Source of the DNA: Mobula hypostoma
Taxonomy: Eukaryota
Direction: 5' to 3'
Assembly: GCF_963921235.1 (NCBI RefSeq)
Contig: NC_086097.1
Location: forward strand, 170,254,001-170,318,000
DNA length: 64,000 nt
Shown here piece after piece: positions 37,085 to 47,672 of this stretch (positions within the stretch are counted from its first letter, which is position 1; each line of letters opens with the position of its first letter). The notes beneath the pieces are model-generated. The model was not told the origin of the DNA. It searched no databases and worked only from the letters and a program-made list of their open reading frames with translations. Made by a program: the position numbers and the translations under genes.

Positions 37085-37675
37085 TATAGAGCACTATAAT
37101 AGTCACACAGCATGGAATCAAGCTCTTCAACCCAACTGGCCCATGTCAACCATGAATACTATCTAAGCTGGTCCCATTTGCCTGCATTTGGCTCATATCC
37201 TTTAAACTTTTCCTGCCCTTGTACCTGTCCAAGTACCCCTTAAATGTTGTCAATGTACCTGCCTCAATAACTTCATTTACCAGCTCATTCCAAATACTGA
37301 TTAACCTCTGTATGAGATAGTTGCCCTTCAGGTTGCTTTTAAACCTCTCCCATCTCACCTTAAACCTATGCTCTCTTGTTCTTGATTCTCCAATCTGGGG
37401 AGAAAAGACTGTGTGCATTCACTCTTTTTATGATTTTATCCAACTCTGTAAGACTACTTCACAATCTCTTAGGCACCCATAAATGAAGCCCAGCCTGCCC
37501 CACCTCTCTGTCTATACTCAGTCTCTGAGTTCTGACAGTATTCTTGCAAATCTCTTCTGTACCCTTTCCAGCTTAATGGAATCTTTTCTTTGGCAGGGTG
37601 GCCAAAACTGAACATGCTATTCCATATGGGACCTCACCGATGTCTTGTACAACTGCAACGTAACATCACAACTAT
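37085..37675 (-). mobile_element. CR1 3' end
   Basis: GESRTREHRFKVR...QRLISIWNEL...FKGYLDRY in ORF 37146..37418. Confidence 0.8.
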
Positions 37676-37689
37676 AGTTTTTGAATTGA

Positions 37690-38290
37690 ATGACATTGCC
37701 CCTTGGAAGGCTTTTGATTTAAACTAAAGAGGAAAAAAATGATAAGCATTATGGAAAAAAAACTCAGGCTGTTGTGTTTAGTATTCCTTCACATAGTATT
37801 CAGACATTTAAGGAACAAGTAAATTGGGCTTTGTATTGGAGATGGTATGGCATGAGAAACATTACCATTTTGAGACTTCCATTTTGAAAACAATATTGAT
37901 CCTCTCTCTCACTGGACAATGAAGTTAGGTCATCTGATTTCAGGAAGTTGGTTGAAGGTGTTTCTTAACTGTATTGTGAACACTGCCTTTTGCAGAAAAT
38001 AGCATGTCATTTCAAAGGAGCAAAATAGAGCAAACATGGGTAAAAAAAATTGTTCAGACAACTGCCTGAACTTGGGAACAGTCAAATGTTTAAACTCTTG
38101 TCATTCACACTTGCAGTGCCAACCTCAAGTGACAGCATTTTCAGTTTAATGACTCTGCTTTGAGCAAAGGAAGAGAGAGATTCAGTGGAAGTGTTGTGAA
38201 AGCAGAACTGAAGGTGCACTCGCTATTCTGTATGTCTCTGCTGAATGCTATATGTCAAAAAGTTCCCAGTACTCCTCAAGTAAAAGAAGC
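37690..38290 (+). pseudogene. hAT-superfamily transposase C-terminal fossil
   Basis: Manual frame-shifted translation: KLKRKKNDKHYGKKT...EKHYHFETSILK...QTWVKK...MFKLLSFTLAVPTSSDSIFSLM...RERFSGSVVKAELKVHSLFCMS, resembling the hAT dimerisation motif (P.S...ER.FS.M...RNR....KAEL). Confidence 0.55.
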
Positions 38291-39269
38291 CAAATGCTTG
38301 GTTTGTGAAATGATACAATGAATCAAGCAGCATTGTGTGTATCTTCTGATAAAGGCTCTCATCCCTAATCATTGTATTTCAGTAGCAAATCTTAAAAGCA
38401 GAATTATTTGAAATAGCAGAGAAATCCATAAGCACTTTGTTCAGAATAGCAGACTGATTGACGACAGATTTAAAGAGTAAAGAACTGTGTACAAAGGCGC
38501 TTTGTTACTGGAATTCCAGTCTCCATAAGCCAAGGAGACTATAAGTCTTTGTTGTATGTGTTACTTTCTGAAGGTATGTTATTTCATTTCTGAATTGTTT
38601 TAAAAATTAAATTATCCACAGCATGTACACATAGAGTATTGAACATTGAACAGTAGAGTTCAACATTCAACAGTAGAGCATAGTACAGATCCTCTGGCCC
38701 CCGACGTTGTGCTGACCTATTACCCTTCTCTCCTACATAGTTCTCTCATCCATATTCCTATCGAATAATCTCTTAAATGTTTCTAATGCACCTTCCTCTA
38801 CCACCATCTCTGTCAGGGTGTTCCAAGTCCCCAGCTCCATCTGTGGAAAAAGGTCGCCACTGACCATCTCATCACATCAGTGAATTGAATGCGGAATAAA
38901 AGTGCTACAGTTACGGAGAGCACACAGTGCAGATAGAAAATAAGATGCAAAGCCATAACGAGGTGGTTTGTGTGAAGTCAAAAGCTCAAATATTCCTCAT
39001 AGTTCAATTGCCATAGATAGAAATATCAATAGAGACTGTCCTTGAGGAAGTTGCTTTCGGGCGTTTGTATCTTCTAGCTGAGTTAAGAGAGTACAGAAAT
39101 CTCATTTGGATTGTGGGCCTGGAGGAAATTACAAAAAGTGGATATCATCACCTTTGATACACAATTGCCTGGACCGCTCCTTGGTTACTTACAAATCTTG
39201 GTACCTGTCTATATGCACTTTAATGCCAACTAGACTGATATCTGCAATGTATGACCATTTATGATGTTA

Positions 39270-39490
39270 CAAAGTTTAAAGTTTAAAGTAAGTTTATTAT
39301 CGAAGTACACATATCCTACCGTATACAACCCTGAGATTCAAGTTCTTGCAGGCATTCTCATTAAACACGAGAAACTTATAGAATCAATGAAATTATCACC
39401 CAGTAGGACAGACAAACAATCAACATGCAAAAGACAATGCACAATACAAATACAAAAAGAAAGAAATAATAATAATGATAATACTAATAA
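39270..39490 (-). mobile_element. Rex1 3' UTR (antisense) supplying the (TAA)n target of the R4/Dong element
   Basis: Reverse complement matches 14330-14545; ends in aataataataatgataatactaataa. Confidence 0.75.
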
Positions 39491-39738
39491 GCCCATGAGC
39501 GGTTTCTGTCCCTCATTGAGCGCATCCCCAGGTGGTGGATTGGGAAAAGCCCTGCAGATACGCAGGGCAGTGGGAAATAAAACATCACCCATGGACCAAA
39601 ACAGAAACAAATCCAGGCCAGGCACATCGGTACCCAAATTAGGTGGTGCTCTGGTCAGCATCTGTTCTCCATGTTAGGAGTGGCTGAAACCAATACCTGG
39701 CTGCAGATATTATATCTGCAATACCTTACATTTTAGAA
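39491..39738 (+). other. Candidate structured (pseudoknotted) 5' leader RNA of the R4/Dong element
   Basis: Multiple complementary helices read directly from the sequence (see findings); ORF ATG at 39739. Confidence 0.5.
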
Positions 39739-40419
39739 ATGGAGAGATGCCTACAGAATATGGTGATACGTCCGCTGCCTGGGGATCGCCAGGGTATGCC
39801 TGGAGCTAGCACTGGGTATAACTGTCACAGTCCTGATCGGTTATTCCCTGGTTCCTTCTAAATTTCCTTTGTGTCACGATTGGGACCGTTGACTCCTTGT
39901 TTTTCTTTAATTCATTGTTTCCCCGTGTTTCTCGGGCTCTGTAATTAAAGGCACTTGATTCTCAGCTGAACGGTCAGTATATAGAGTCCTGCTTACAGCT
40001 ACTTGGTGCTAGACCTGACCTGGTGTCACCTCACGTCACCGAAGCAAGTGCGAGCAAGTCACCTTGCCAGAGTGAGCCAAGTCACATCACCGGAGCGAGT
40101 CAAGTCGTCTCCCCGAAGCGAGTGCCATAAGTTGCCTCTCCTTGCCGGACCCAGCCTGTCAAGTTACCGCGCCTAAGCGAGCCTGCTATGCTACCTCGCT
40201 GGAGCGGGTCCATCAAGTTAACCCTCCGGAGTGAGTCAAGAGCTGCTGTCTGTTGTTCTAGGGCTGAGTTGAGAGCTTGCCGCTAGTTGGAGCCACTTCA
40301 TGCCAAGATAAAAGAACTGTCTATCGTTGTGTGCTTTTGTCTCTTCATGTCGCCTCCGCTGGGTAGGTCCGGCCATTTGCCACTACCCTGAATGGAGAAC
40401 TGTCTCTTCGTGTTCTGTG

Positions 40420-42160
40420 TTCTGCGTCCTGTATCCAAGGAAGAGTTCCGGCTCTGTGTCCTGTGTCCAAGGAAGGGTCCCGGCTCTGTGTCCTGTGTCT
40501 AAGGAAGAGTCCCGGCTCTGTGTCCTGTATCCAAGGAGAGTCTCGGCTCTGTGTCCTGTGTCCAAGGAAGGGTCCCGGCTCTGTGTCCTGTGTCTAAGGA
40601 AGAGTCCCGGCTCTGTGTCCTGTATCCAAGGAGAGTCTCGGCTCTGTGTCATGTATCCAAGGAAGGGTCCCGGCTCTGTGTCCTGTGTCTAAGGAAGAGT
40701 CCCGGCTCTGTGTCCTGTATCCAAGGAAGAGTTCCGGCTCTGTGTCCTGTGTCCAAGGAGAGTCCCGGCTCTGTGTCATGTGTCTAAGGAGAGTTTCGGC
40801 TCTGTGTCCTGTATCCAAGGAAGAGTTCCGGCTCTGTGTCCTTTGTCCAAGGAGAGTCCCGGCTCTGTGTCCTGTATCCAAGGAAGAGTCCGGACTCTGT
40901 GACCTGTGTCTAAGGAAGGGTCCCGGCTCTGTGTCCTGTGTCTAAGAAGGGTCCCGGCTCTGTGTCACGTATCCAAGGAAGAGTCCCGGCTCTGTGTCCT
41001 GTATCCAAGGAGAGTTTCGGCTCTGTGTCCTGTATCCAAGGAAGAGTTCCGGCTCTGTGTCCTTTGTCCAAGGAGAGTCCCGGCTCTGTGTCCTGTATCC
41101 AAGGAAGAGTCCGGACTCTGTGACCTGTGTCTAAGGAAGGGTCCCGGCTCTGTGTCCTGTGTCTAAGAAGGGTCCCGGCTCTGTGTCACGTATCCAAGGA
41201 AGAGTCCCGGCTCTGTGTCCTGTATCCAAGGAGAGTCTCGGCTCTGTGTCCTGTATCCAAGGAAGAGTCCCGGATCTGTGTCCTGTGTCTAAGGAGAGTC
41301 GCGGCTCTGTGTCCTGTGTCTAAGGAGAGTCCCGGCTCTATGTCCTGTATCCAAGGAAGAGTCCCGGCTCTGTGTCCTGTGTCCAAGGAGAGTCCCGGCT
41401 CTATGTCCTGTATCCAAGGAAGGGTCCCGGCTCTGTGTCCTGTATCCAAGGAAGGGTCCCGGCTCTGTGTCCTGTGTCCAAGGAAGGGTCCCGGCTCTGT
41501 GTCCTGTGTCTAAGGAGAGTCCCGGCTCTGTGTCCTGTATCCAAGGAGAGTCCCGGCTCTGTGTCCTGTATCAAAGGAAGAGTCCGGACTCTGTGTCCTG
41601 TGTCCAAGGAGAGTCCCGGCTCTGTGTCCTGTATCCAAGGAAGGGTCCCGGATCTGTGTCCTGTGTCTAAGAAGGGTCCCGGCTCTGTGTCTTGTATCCA
41701 AGGAAGGGTCCCGGCTCTGTGTCCTGTGTCTAAGAAGGATCCCGGCTCTGTGTCCTGTGTCTAAGAAGGATCCCGGCTCTGTGTCATGTATCCAAGGAAG
41801 AGTCCCGGCTCTGTGTCCTGTGTCTAAGGAGAGTCTCGGCTCTGTGTCCTGTATCCAAGGAAGAGTTCCGGCTCTGTGTCCTGTGTCCAAGGAGTGTCCC
41901 GGCTCTGTGTCCTGTATACAAGGAAGGGTCCCGGCTCTGTGTCCTGTGTCTAAGAAGGGTCCCGCCTCTGTGTCCCGTATCCAAGGAAGGGTCCCGGCTC
42001 TGTGTCCTGTGTCTAAGAAGAGTCCCGGCTCTGTGTCTTGTATCCAAGGAAGAGTCCCGGCTCTGTGTCCTGCGTCCAAGGAAGAGTCCCGGCTCTGTGT
42101 CCTGTGTCCCAGAAGAGTCCCGTCTCTGTGTCCTGTATCCAAGGAAGAGTCCCGGTCCTG
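40420..42160. repeat. 31/32-bp minisatellite, about 55 units, consensus GGCTCTGTGTCCTGT(A/G)TC(C/T)AAGGAAG(A/G)GTCCC
   Basis: Direct reading; copy number estimated as length divided by unit size. Confidence 0.97.
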
Positions 42161-42174
42161 TGTTCCTGTGTTCT

Positions 42175-42300
42175 GATTTCCAAGTCCAAGTCCGGGTCCA
42201 GAGTTCCAAGTCCCTGTCCAAGTCCAAGTCTGGGTCCTGAGTCCCAGGCCAAGCCCAGGCCCTGAATCCCAGTCCAAGTCCAGGATCCGAGCCCAAATCC
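42175..42300. repeat. Degenerate 6-bp (CCAAGT/CCAGGC) repeat inside the LTR
   Basis: ccaagtccaagtccgggtccagagttccaagtccctgtccaagtccaagtc... Confidence 0.8.
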
Positions 42301-43494
42301 AGCGACGCGTATTCCTGCTTCCACTTCATTCACTCCTTGATGTCTTTCTATACAATCCTTGCTTCCCTGCTTTCCTAGTAACTATTAATAAACTCTATTT
42401 TTGTTAATGCTACAAAACGTCTTTGTTTCCTGCAATTGGGTTCACCGATGCCCCACACTTGTGACAATAACAGAAAAAGTACTGCTAGTGATGCGCTGTT
42501 GAATAGGCGGGCAGGCACCGGGAAACCTGAAAAGGATACAGCCAGCATTCAAAGTAGCCCAACAACACTACAGGCAGCAACTGATGCAGGTGATTCTCAG
42601 GGGAACAGTCGACTTACAACTGAGACCACTCAAGCAGTTAGAGAAGAAAGTCACACACGAAATGATCATTAGAAGTAAACACATTCATAATGTGTAAGTA
42701 AACTTGAGACTGACATGACAGCATACAAGTACAAACTTCATCAGTTTTATAGCTCAATATCCCTTCATGCACAACAAATAGCAGATCAACGTAGAGTGAT
42801 AATAAAACCTGAAGTTCCACAAGAGCCAGAAAGAAACCAACCTAAAGACCACAGCAATGATATATAAGAAAATAATGAAAACACCACACCCCAAAGTAGT
42901 GATGAAAATAGAATTACTTCAACAGCTGTTCCACAACCCGATGATAATAGCAACAACACAGGTGTAAAGCCTGCACAGAATGCTGATGATGAAGCTAAGC
43001 TTACAGACAAAATTATCCTAATCTTCAACAGCACACTAACAGAACACATGGACACTGACCCACAAAAAGACCCTAGATACCAAACAAAACATGACATCAA
43101 AATTTATAAAATTTGTTAATACTCTCAACAATATGATATTACCATAATATTTAGGAAAGCTTGAAATATTTGAAGAACTACACACAATAACATACTGCGT
43201 AGCATTGTAAGCAGTGCAGTGCAATGGATCCAAAATAGAGGCACTCATTAACAGAAACTCAAAACTGAGTAATGAAATGAGAACGCCAAAATGGCAGAAG
43301 AGATTACAAAACAAAATTGAAACGTTATGAGCAGAAATAGCCCATTTAATGGACTACAAAATGGATAACCCGAGCAAGGAAGTTAACAGAAAAGTTACGT
43401 TAATACAGGTCCATAATCCCTTATCCGAAATACTTTGGGCCAGTTGCATTTTGGAATTCAGAATTTTTCAGATTTCAGAAAACTGTTAGCTACA

Positions 43495-43730
43495 TTGATA
43501 ATTAACCTGTGCGGTGGACTTTAGGACCCGGGTGAGCTCCGGACCTTCGCACATCCTTCCGTATACTTTAAATCATCTCTAGATTACTTATAGTACCTAA
43601 TACAATGTAAGTGCTATGTAAATAGTTGTTATACTGTATTGTTTAAGGAATAATGACAAGAAAAAAAGTCTGTACATGCTCAAACAACGAGTGCTGGAGA
43701 GGGAACTTCCGGGTTTTCCCGATCTGCGCT
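43495..43730 (+). mobile_element. MER2-like (Tigger-family) internal fragment inside the Tigger element
   Basis: gcacatccttccgtatactttaaatcatctctagattacttatagtacctaatacaatgtaagtgctatgtaaatagttgttatactgtattgtttaaggaataatgacaagaaaaaaagtctgtacatg matches my recollection of the MER2 consensus core; not verified by search. Confidence 0.6.
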
Positions 43731-44059
43731 CTTTCACAAATATTATTACAGTTTATTTAGAGAATAATATACTAATAAATGAAATATTGGGATAATTATA
43801 GACCATAAATACACTAGTACATTTTATTTCCAAAAAAAACATTCAATAAAACATAAAAATATACAGCTTCAAACAAACCGAATCAAACACATGGTAAATG
43901 ACTTATTGGAATAAATTTAGAACGTAAATACTCTAGGACAGATACAGGTTCAAACTAAGCTAAATACGTACAGGTACCTCTAGTTAGGTTGCATTATGTC
44001 TAGCAAACGAAGCTAAACACTCTGCAGGTACATGACGGACCAGGAACAGGATCCTCAAG

Positions 44060-44557
44060 TTATGAAGCAGCACTACCACAGACAGCGTTTTTAAAGATTT
44101 CTTCAAGTGTCATCTGTCTCATTAACATAGGGTTATGTCTAAGAAACCTCTCTTTAACTGAGTAAACTGCCATAATCTCTTGATCACTGATAAATGCACA
44201 TTGTTCAAGGCCAGCAATTAACTGATCACATATTTTCACCATATCGTCATCAGCCATTGTCAATGTTTTTCTAGGGACGCAGCGCCAGTACAAAGCTGTT
44301 TCATCAGCATTGTAAATATGTTCAGGGCTAAGGTTTTCATCAGATATTATCTTGGCAAATTCGTCAGTGTAATTTCTAGCTGCTTCATGATCAGCAGAAG
44401 ATTTTTCACCACAGATTTTCAGATATTTTACACCATGATGCTTCTTAAATTTCTGCAGACAACCCTCTAAATATCTTCTGCATTATTAATAATGATAGAT
44501 GCTTCCTTCTCTTTTTCTCATTGTTACCCATGGGGTATCTACAGCTCTTTTTGACAT
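44060..44557 (-). pseudogene. Deleted pogo/Tigger transposase
   Basis: MSKRAVDTP..GNNEKKRRKHLSL; then LQKFKKHHGVKYLKICGEKSSAD...EHIYNADETALYWRCVPRKTL (first catalytic Asp) fused to C-terminal MVKICDQLIAGLEQCAFISDQEIM...RQMTLEEIFK. Confidence 0.85.
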
Positions 44558-45293
44558 TTTCACAGTGAAACTAAACACAGAGTCAACAGAGAACACAAAG
44601 TCAACAGTGAACACAAAATATCAGCAAACAGCAAATGCATGTGTAACCAGTACGAGCGCTGAGCCACAACTGACATCTGGTGGCCTCTACTAGTGCTGCC
44701 ACATCACACCTGAGTGACGTCAGCTGTTGGCGCGCCAAACAAGCCTTATTACAACACGCTCCACACTCCATGAGAAAAACTTCATTTTCGGAGCTTTTCG
44801 GATTTCAGAATTTCAGATAGGGGATTGTAGACCTATATGAAGGAAATACAAGGTTCATACAAGCTACAACCAACCTAACAAAAGCATTGTAGAAATCATA
44901 GATACTCTAAAACAAAGGCTTGGCGCATACAAAACCAGACTAAATAGATACATAAAATGTGCCAGAAGAAGAAAACAGAATTACCAGTTCAGGAAGAATA
45001 AAACAGATTTATACAGAACATTGAAACTAAATTCAACACACCACAATGTCACTAACCCTAGCACAGAATTACCAACAAATACAGAGATAGTGAACTTTTG
45101 GTCTACTATCTGGTCAAACTGGGCAATATCTGCACAATCAAGAAGCAAGCTGGATTAGGGAGGAAAAAGAACACACTCACACATTTGAAGACAAGAAAAC
45201 ACCTGAAGTTACAATGGATATGCTAAAAGCGGTTATAAAAAATACACACAACTGGAAAGGTACCTGCAGTGATAATATTTATAATTATTAGTA

Positions 45294-47244
45294 TGTAACA
45301 TGCTGTAATGCTTCACTGCGAATGTAATAGTTTCTCTGTAGCAGCAATGTTTGGGTTATGACTGGAGATAACGGGGCTTGGAATGTCGGGGTGATCCAAT
45401 GAGAGAAATGCCTGACAAGAGGTTAGCCTGACACCGGTGGTGGGAAAGATGCTGGAGTCAATTATAAAAGATGAAATTATGACACATCTGGATAGCAGTA
45501 ACAGGTTCGGTCCGAGTCAGCATGGATTTATGAAGGGGAAATCGTGCTTGACTGATCTTCTGGAATTTTTTGAGGATGTAACTATGAAAATGGAAAAGGG
45601 AGAGCCAGTGGATGTAGTGTACCTGGACTTTCAGAAAGCCTTTGATAAAGTACCACATAGGAGATTAGTGGGCAAAATTAGGGCACATGGTATTGGGGCA
45701 GAGTACTGACATGGATTGAAAATTGGCTGGCTGACAGGAAACAAAGAGCAGCGATTAACGGGTCCCTTTCGGAATGGCAGGTGGTGACCAGTGGGGTACC
45801 GCAGGGTTCAGCGCTGGGACTGCAGCTGTTTACAATATATATTAATGATTTAGATGAGGGAATTAAAAGTAACATTAGCAAATTTGCCGATGACACAAAG
45901 CTAGGTGGCAGTGTGAAATGTGAGGAGGATGTTATGAGAATGCAGGGTGACTTGGACAGGCTGGGTGAGTGGGCAGATGCATAGCAGATGCAGTTTAATG
46001 TGGATAAATGTGAGGTTATCCACTTTGGTGGTAAGAACAGGAAGGCAGATTATTATCTAAATGGAGTCAAGTTAGGAAAAGAGGAAGTACAATGAGATCT
46101 AGGTGTTCTTGTACATCAGTTACTGAAAGCAAGCATGCAAGTACAGCAGGCAGTGAGGAAAGCTAATGGCATGCTGGCCTTCATAACAAGGGGAATTGAG
46201 TATAAGAGCAAAGAAGTCCTTCTGCAGCTGTACAGGGCCCTGGTGAGACCACACCTGGAGTACTGTGTGCAGTTTTGGTCTCCAAATTTGAGGAAGGACA
46301 TTCTTGCTATTGAGGGAGTGCAGCGTAGGTTCACAAGGTTAATTCCCGGGATGGCGGGACTGTCATATGTCGAAAGATTGGAGCGACTGGGCTTGTATAC
46401 TCTGGAATTTAGAAGGCTGAGAGGGGATCTTATTGAAACATATGAGGTTATTAAGGGATTGGACACGCTGGAAGCAGGAAGCATGTTCCCTCTGATGGGT
46501 GAGTCCAGAACCAGAGGCCGCAGTTTAAGAATAAGGGGTAGGCCATTTAGAACGGAGTTGAGGAAAAACTTTTTCACCCAGAGAGTGGCGGATTATGGAA
46601 TGCTCTGCCCCAGAAGGCTGTGGAGGCCAAGTCTCTGGATGCTTTCAAGAAAGAGATGGATAGAGCTCTTAAAGATAGCGGAATCAAAGGTTATGGGGAT
46701 AAGGCAGAAACTGGATACTGATTGTGGATGATCAGCCATGATTACAGTGAATGGCAGTTCTGGCTCGAAGGCCCGAATGGCCTACTCCTGCACCTACCGT
46801 CTATTGTCTATTGAAATGTCGTTCTTTCTTGTGAGTCTGGAAGAGGGATTTTTGTGGTCTTTTGTCGGCGAGAGGAGAAGAAGGAATACACATGTGGAGA
46901 GAGCTGGTAGACCACTGGACGGAGTGGACCGGGAGCGAGGGTCCGAAGGTCGGTGATGCTCGGAGGAGGTCGATGGTTGATGAATGACCATATTTGTGAG
47001 CTCCAATGTGCACTTTTGACTTTCCTCTTAAAATGGGCCCTTTTTCTTTTTAGTTTCTTTACTAACCCTATATTCAGATTAAGATTTATAAGGTTCAATT
47101 AGTTAATTGCATATGGTGTACTGGCTGATATTTTGTGGTGCGGATTTGTAACCAGTATCCACATGAGTGAGATTTCTCAGTTTGGCAGGGCCAGATGTTG
47201 TCTTCCCCTAGACGAACACGTGCTGGCTGAGCCTGAGGGTTCCA
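45294..47244 (+). mobile_element. Solo LTR with TSD AGTA, split by a CR1 insertion
   Basis: TGTAACA...GGTTCCA. AGTA at 45290-45293 and 47245-47248. Shares cccctagacgaa...gagcctgagg end and gttctttcttgtg block with 11640-12359. Confidence 0.85.
45411..46812 (+). mobile_element. Young 5'-truncated CR1, TSD GAAATG
   Basis: [63 protein letters not shown]; tail ctattgtctatt; GAAATG at 45405-45410 and 46813-46818. Confidence 0.95.
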
Positions 47245-47672
47245 AGTATAAAATATTTACTTGTCTTAATCCATACCTATTAATACATATCAACAATTTT
47301 CTTAAGAATTCTGAAAAAGTGCTTGAATTTTGACAAAATTAAAATATATCTCTTACAGTAACTAAAGGAGAAATCACAAATGTCCCATCAAAATATTGAC
47401 TTGTTTACAAAGTAAAGACCCAGAGGAAAAGAAGAAAACCTTCATGTTGTTATATTGACAACCAAAAAGCATTTGGTTTTGTCCCACAGTCAGGGTTAGT
47501 AGAAGCTCTCAGTATACAGTATATAGAAACTACACCCAATATTTGTGGAATCCCTACAACATCTGATGAAGCATTGGTGTACTATAATCACACTATCTAT
47601 TAGCAACCAAAAAAGAACAACCACTGTTATCAAAGTAAACGGAAGCATTTTTCAGGGCGACTCTCTAAGCCC

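Larger units (their letters stand above)
39823..42466 (+). mobile_element. Solo-LTR-like element (2644 bp) with internal minisatellite, TSD ATAAC
   Basis: TGTCACA...TGTGACA termini. ATAAC at 39818-39822 and 42467-42471. TATA-like gtatatag ~39977 and AATAAA ~42387. Removal restores the R4 reading frame. Confidence 0.88.
43406..44835 (-). mobile_element. Tigger/pogo DNA transposon (Tigger4/Zombi-like), internally deleted, TA TSD
   Basis: TIRs CAGGTCCATAATCCCTTATCCGAAAT / TAGGTCTACAATCCCCTATCTGAAAT (reverse complement). TA at 43404-43405 and 44836-44837. Transposase remnant on the minus strand. Confidence 0.9.
39491..47672 (+). mobile_element. R4/Dong-clade non-LTR retrotransposon, 5' portion, interrupted by three insertions
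   Basis: Pieces 39491-39822, 42472-43405, 44838-45293, 47249-47672. Motifs: MERCLQNMVIRPLPGDRQGMPGASTG|YNRKST, QQIADQRRVII, PKWQKRLQNKI, DTLKQRLGAYKTRLNRY, FWSTIWS, KNTHNWK, YKIFTCLNPYL, YIDNQKAFGFVPQS, GSIFQGDSLSP. Confidence 0.85.

Noticed and set aside
39491..39610. Canonical HDV-like ribozyme at the R4 5' end
   Set aside because: I could not assemble P1/P1.1/P3 with the expected nested double pseudoknot by eye. Reported instead as an unclassified structured leader.
40420..42160. CRISPR-like array (repeat length ~32 bp)
   Set aside because: Units are head-to-tail with no unique spacers, there are no cas genes, and the context is eukaryotic. It is a minisatellite.
40327..42333. Many overlapping repetitive ORFs (up to 255 aa) on both strands
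   Set aside because: By-products of a stop-poor 31/32-bp repeat; frames shift with unit length.
46135..46731. 198-aa ORF as a functional gene
   Set aside because: C-terminal piece of a 5'-truncated CR1 ORF2 with upstream stops and frameshifts.
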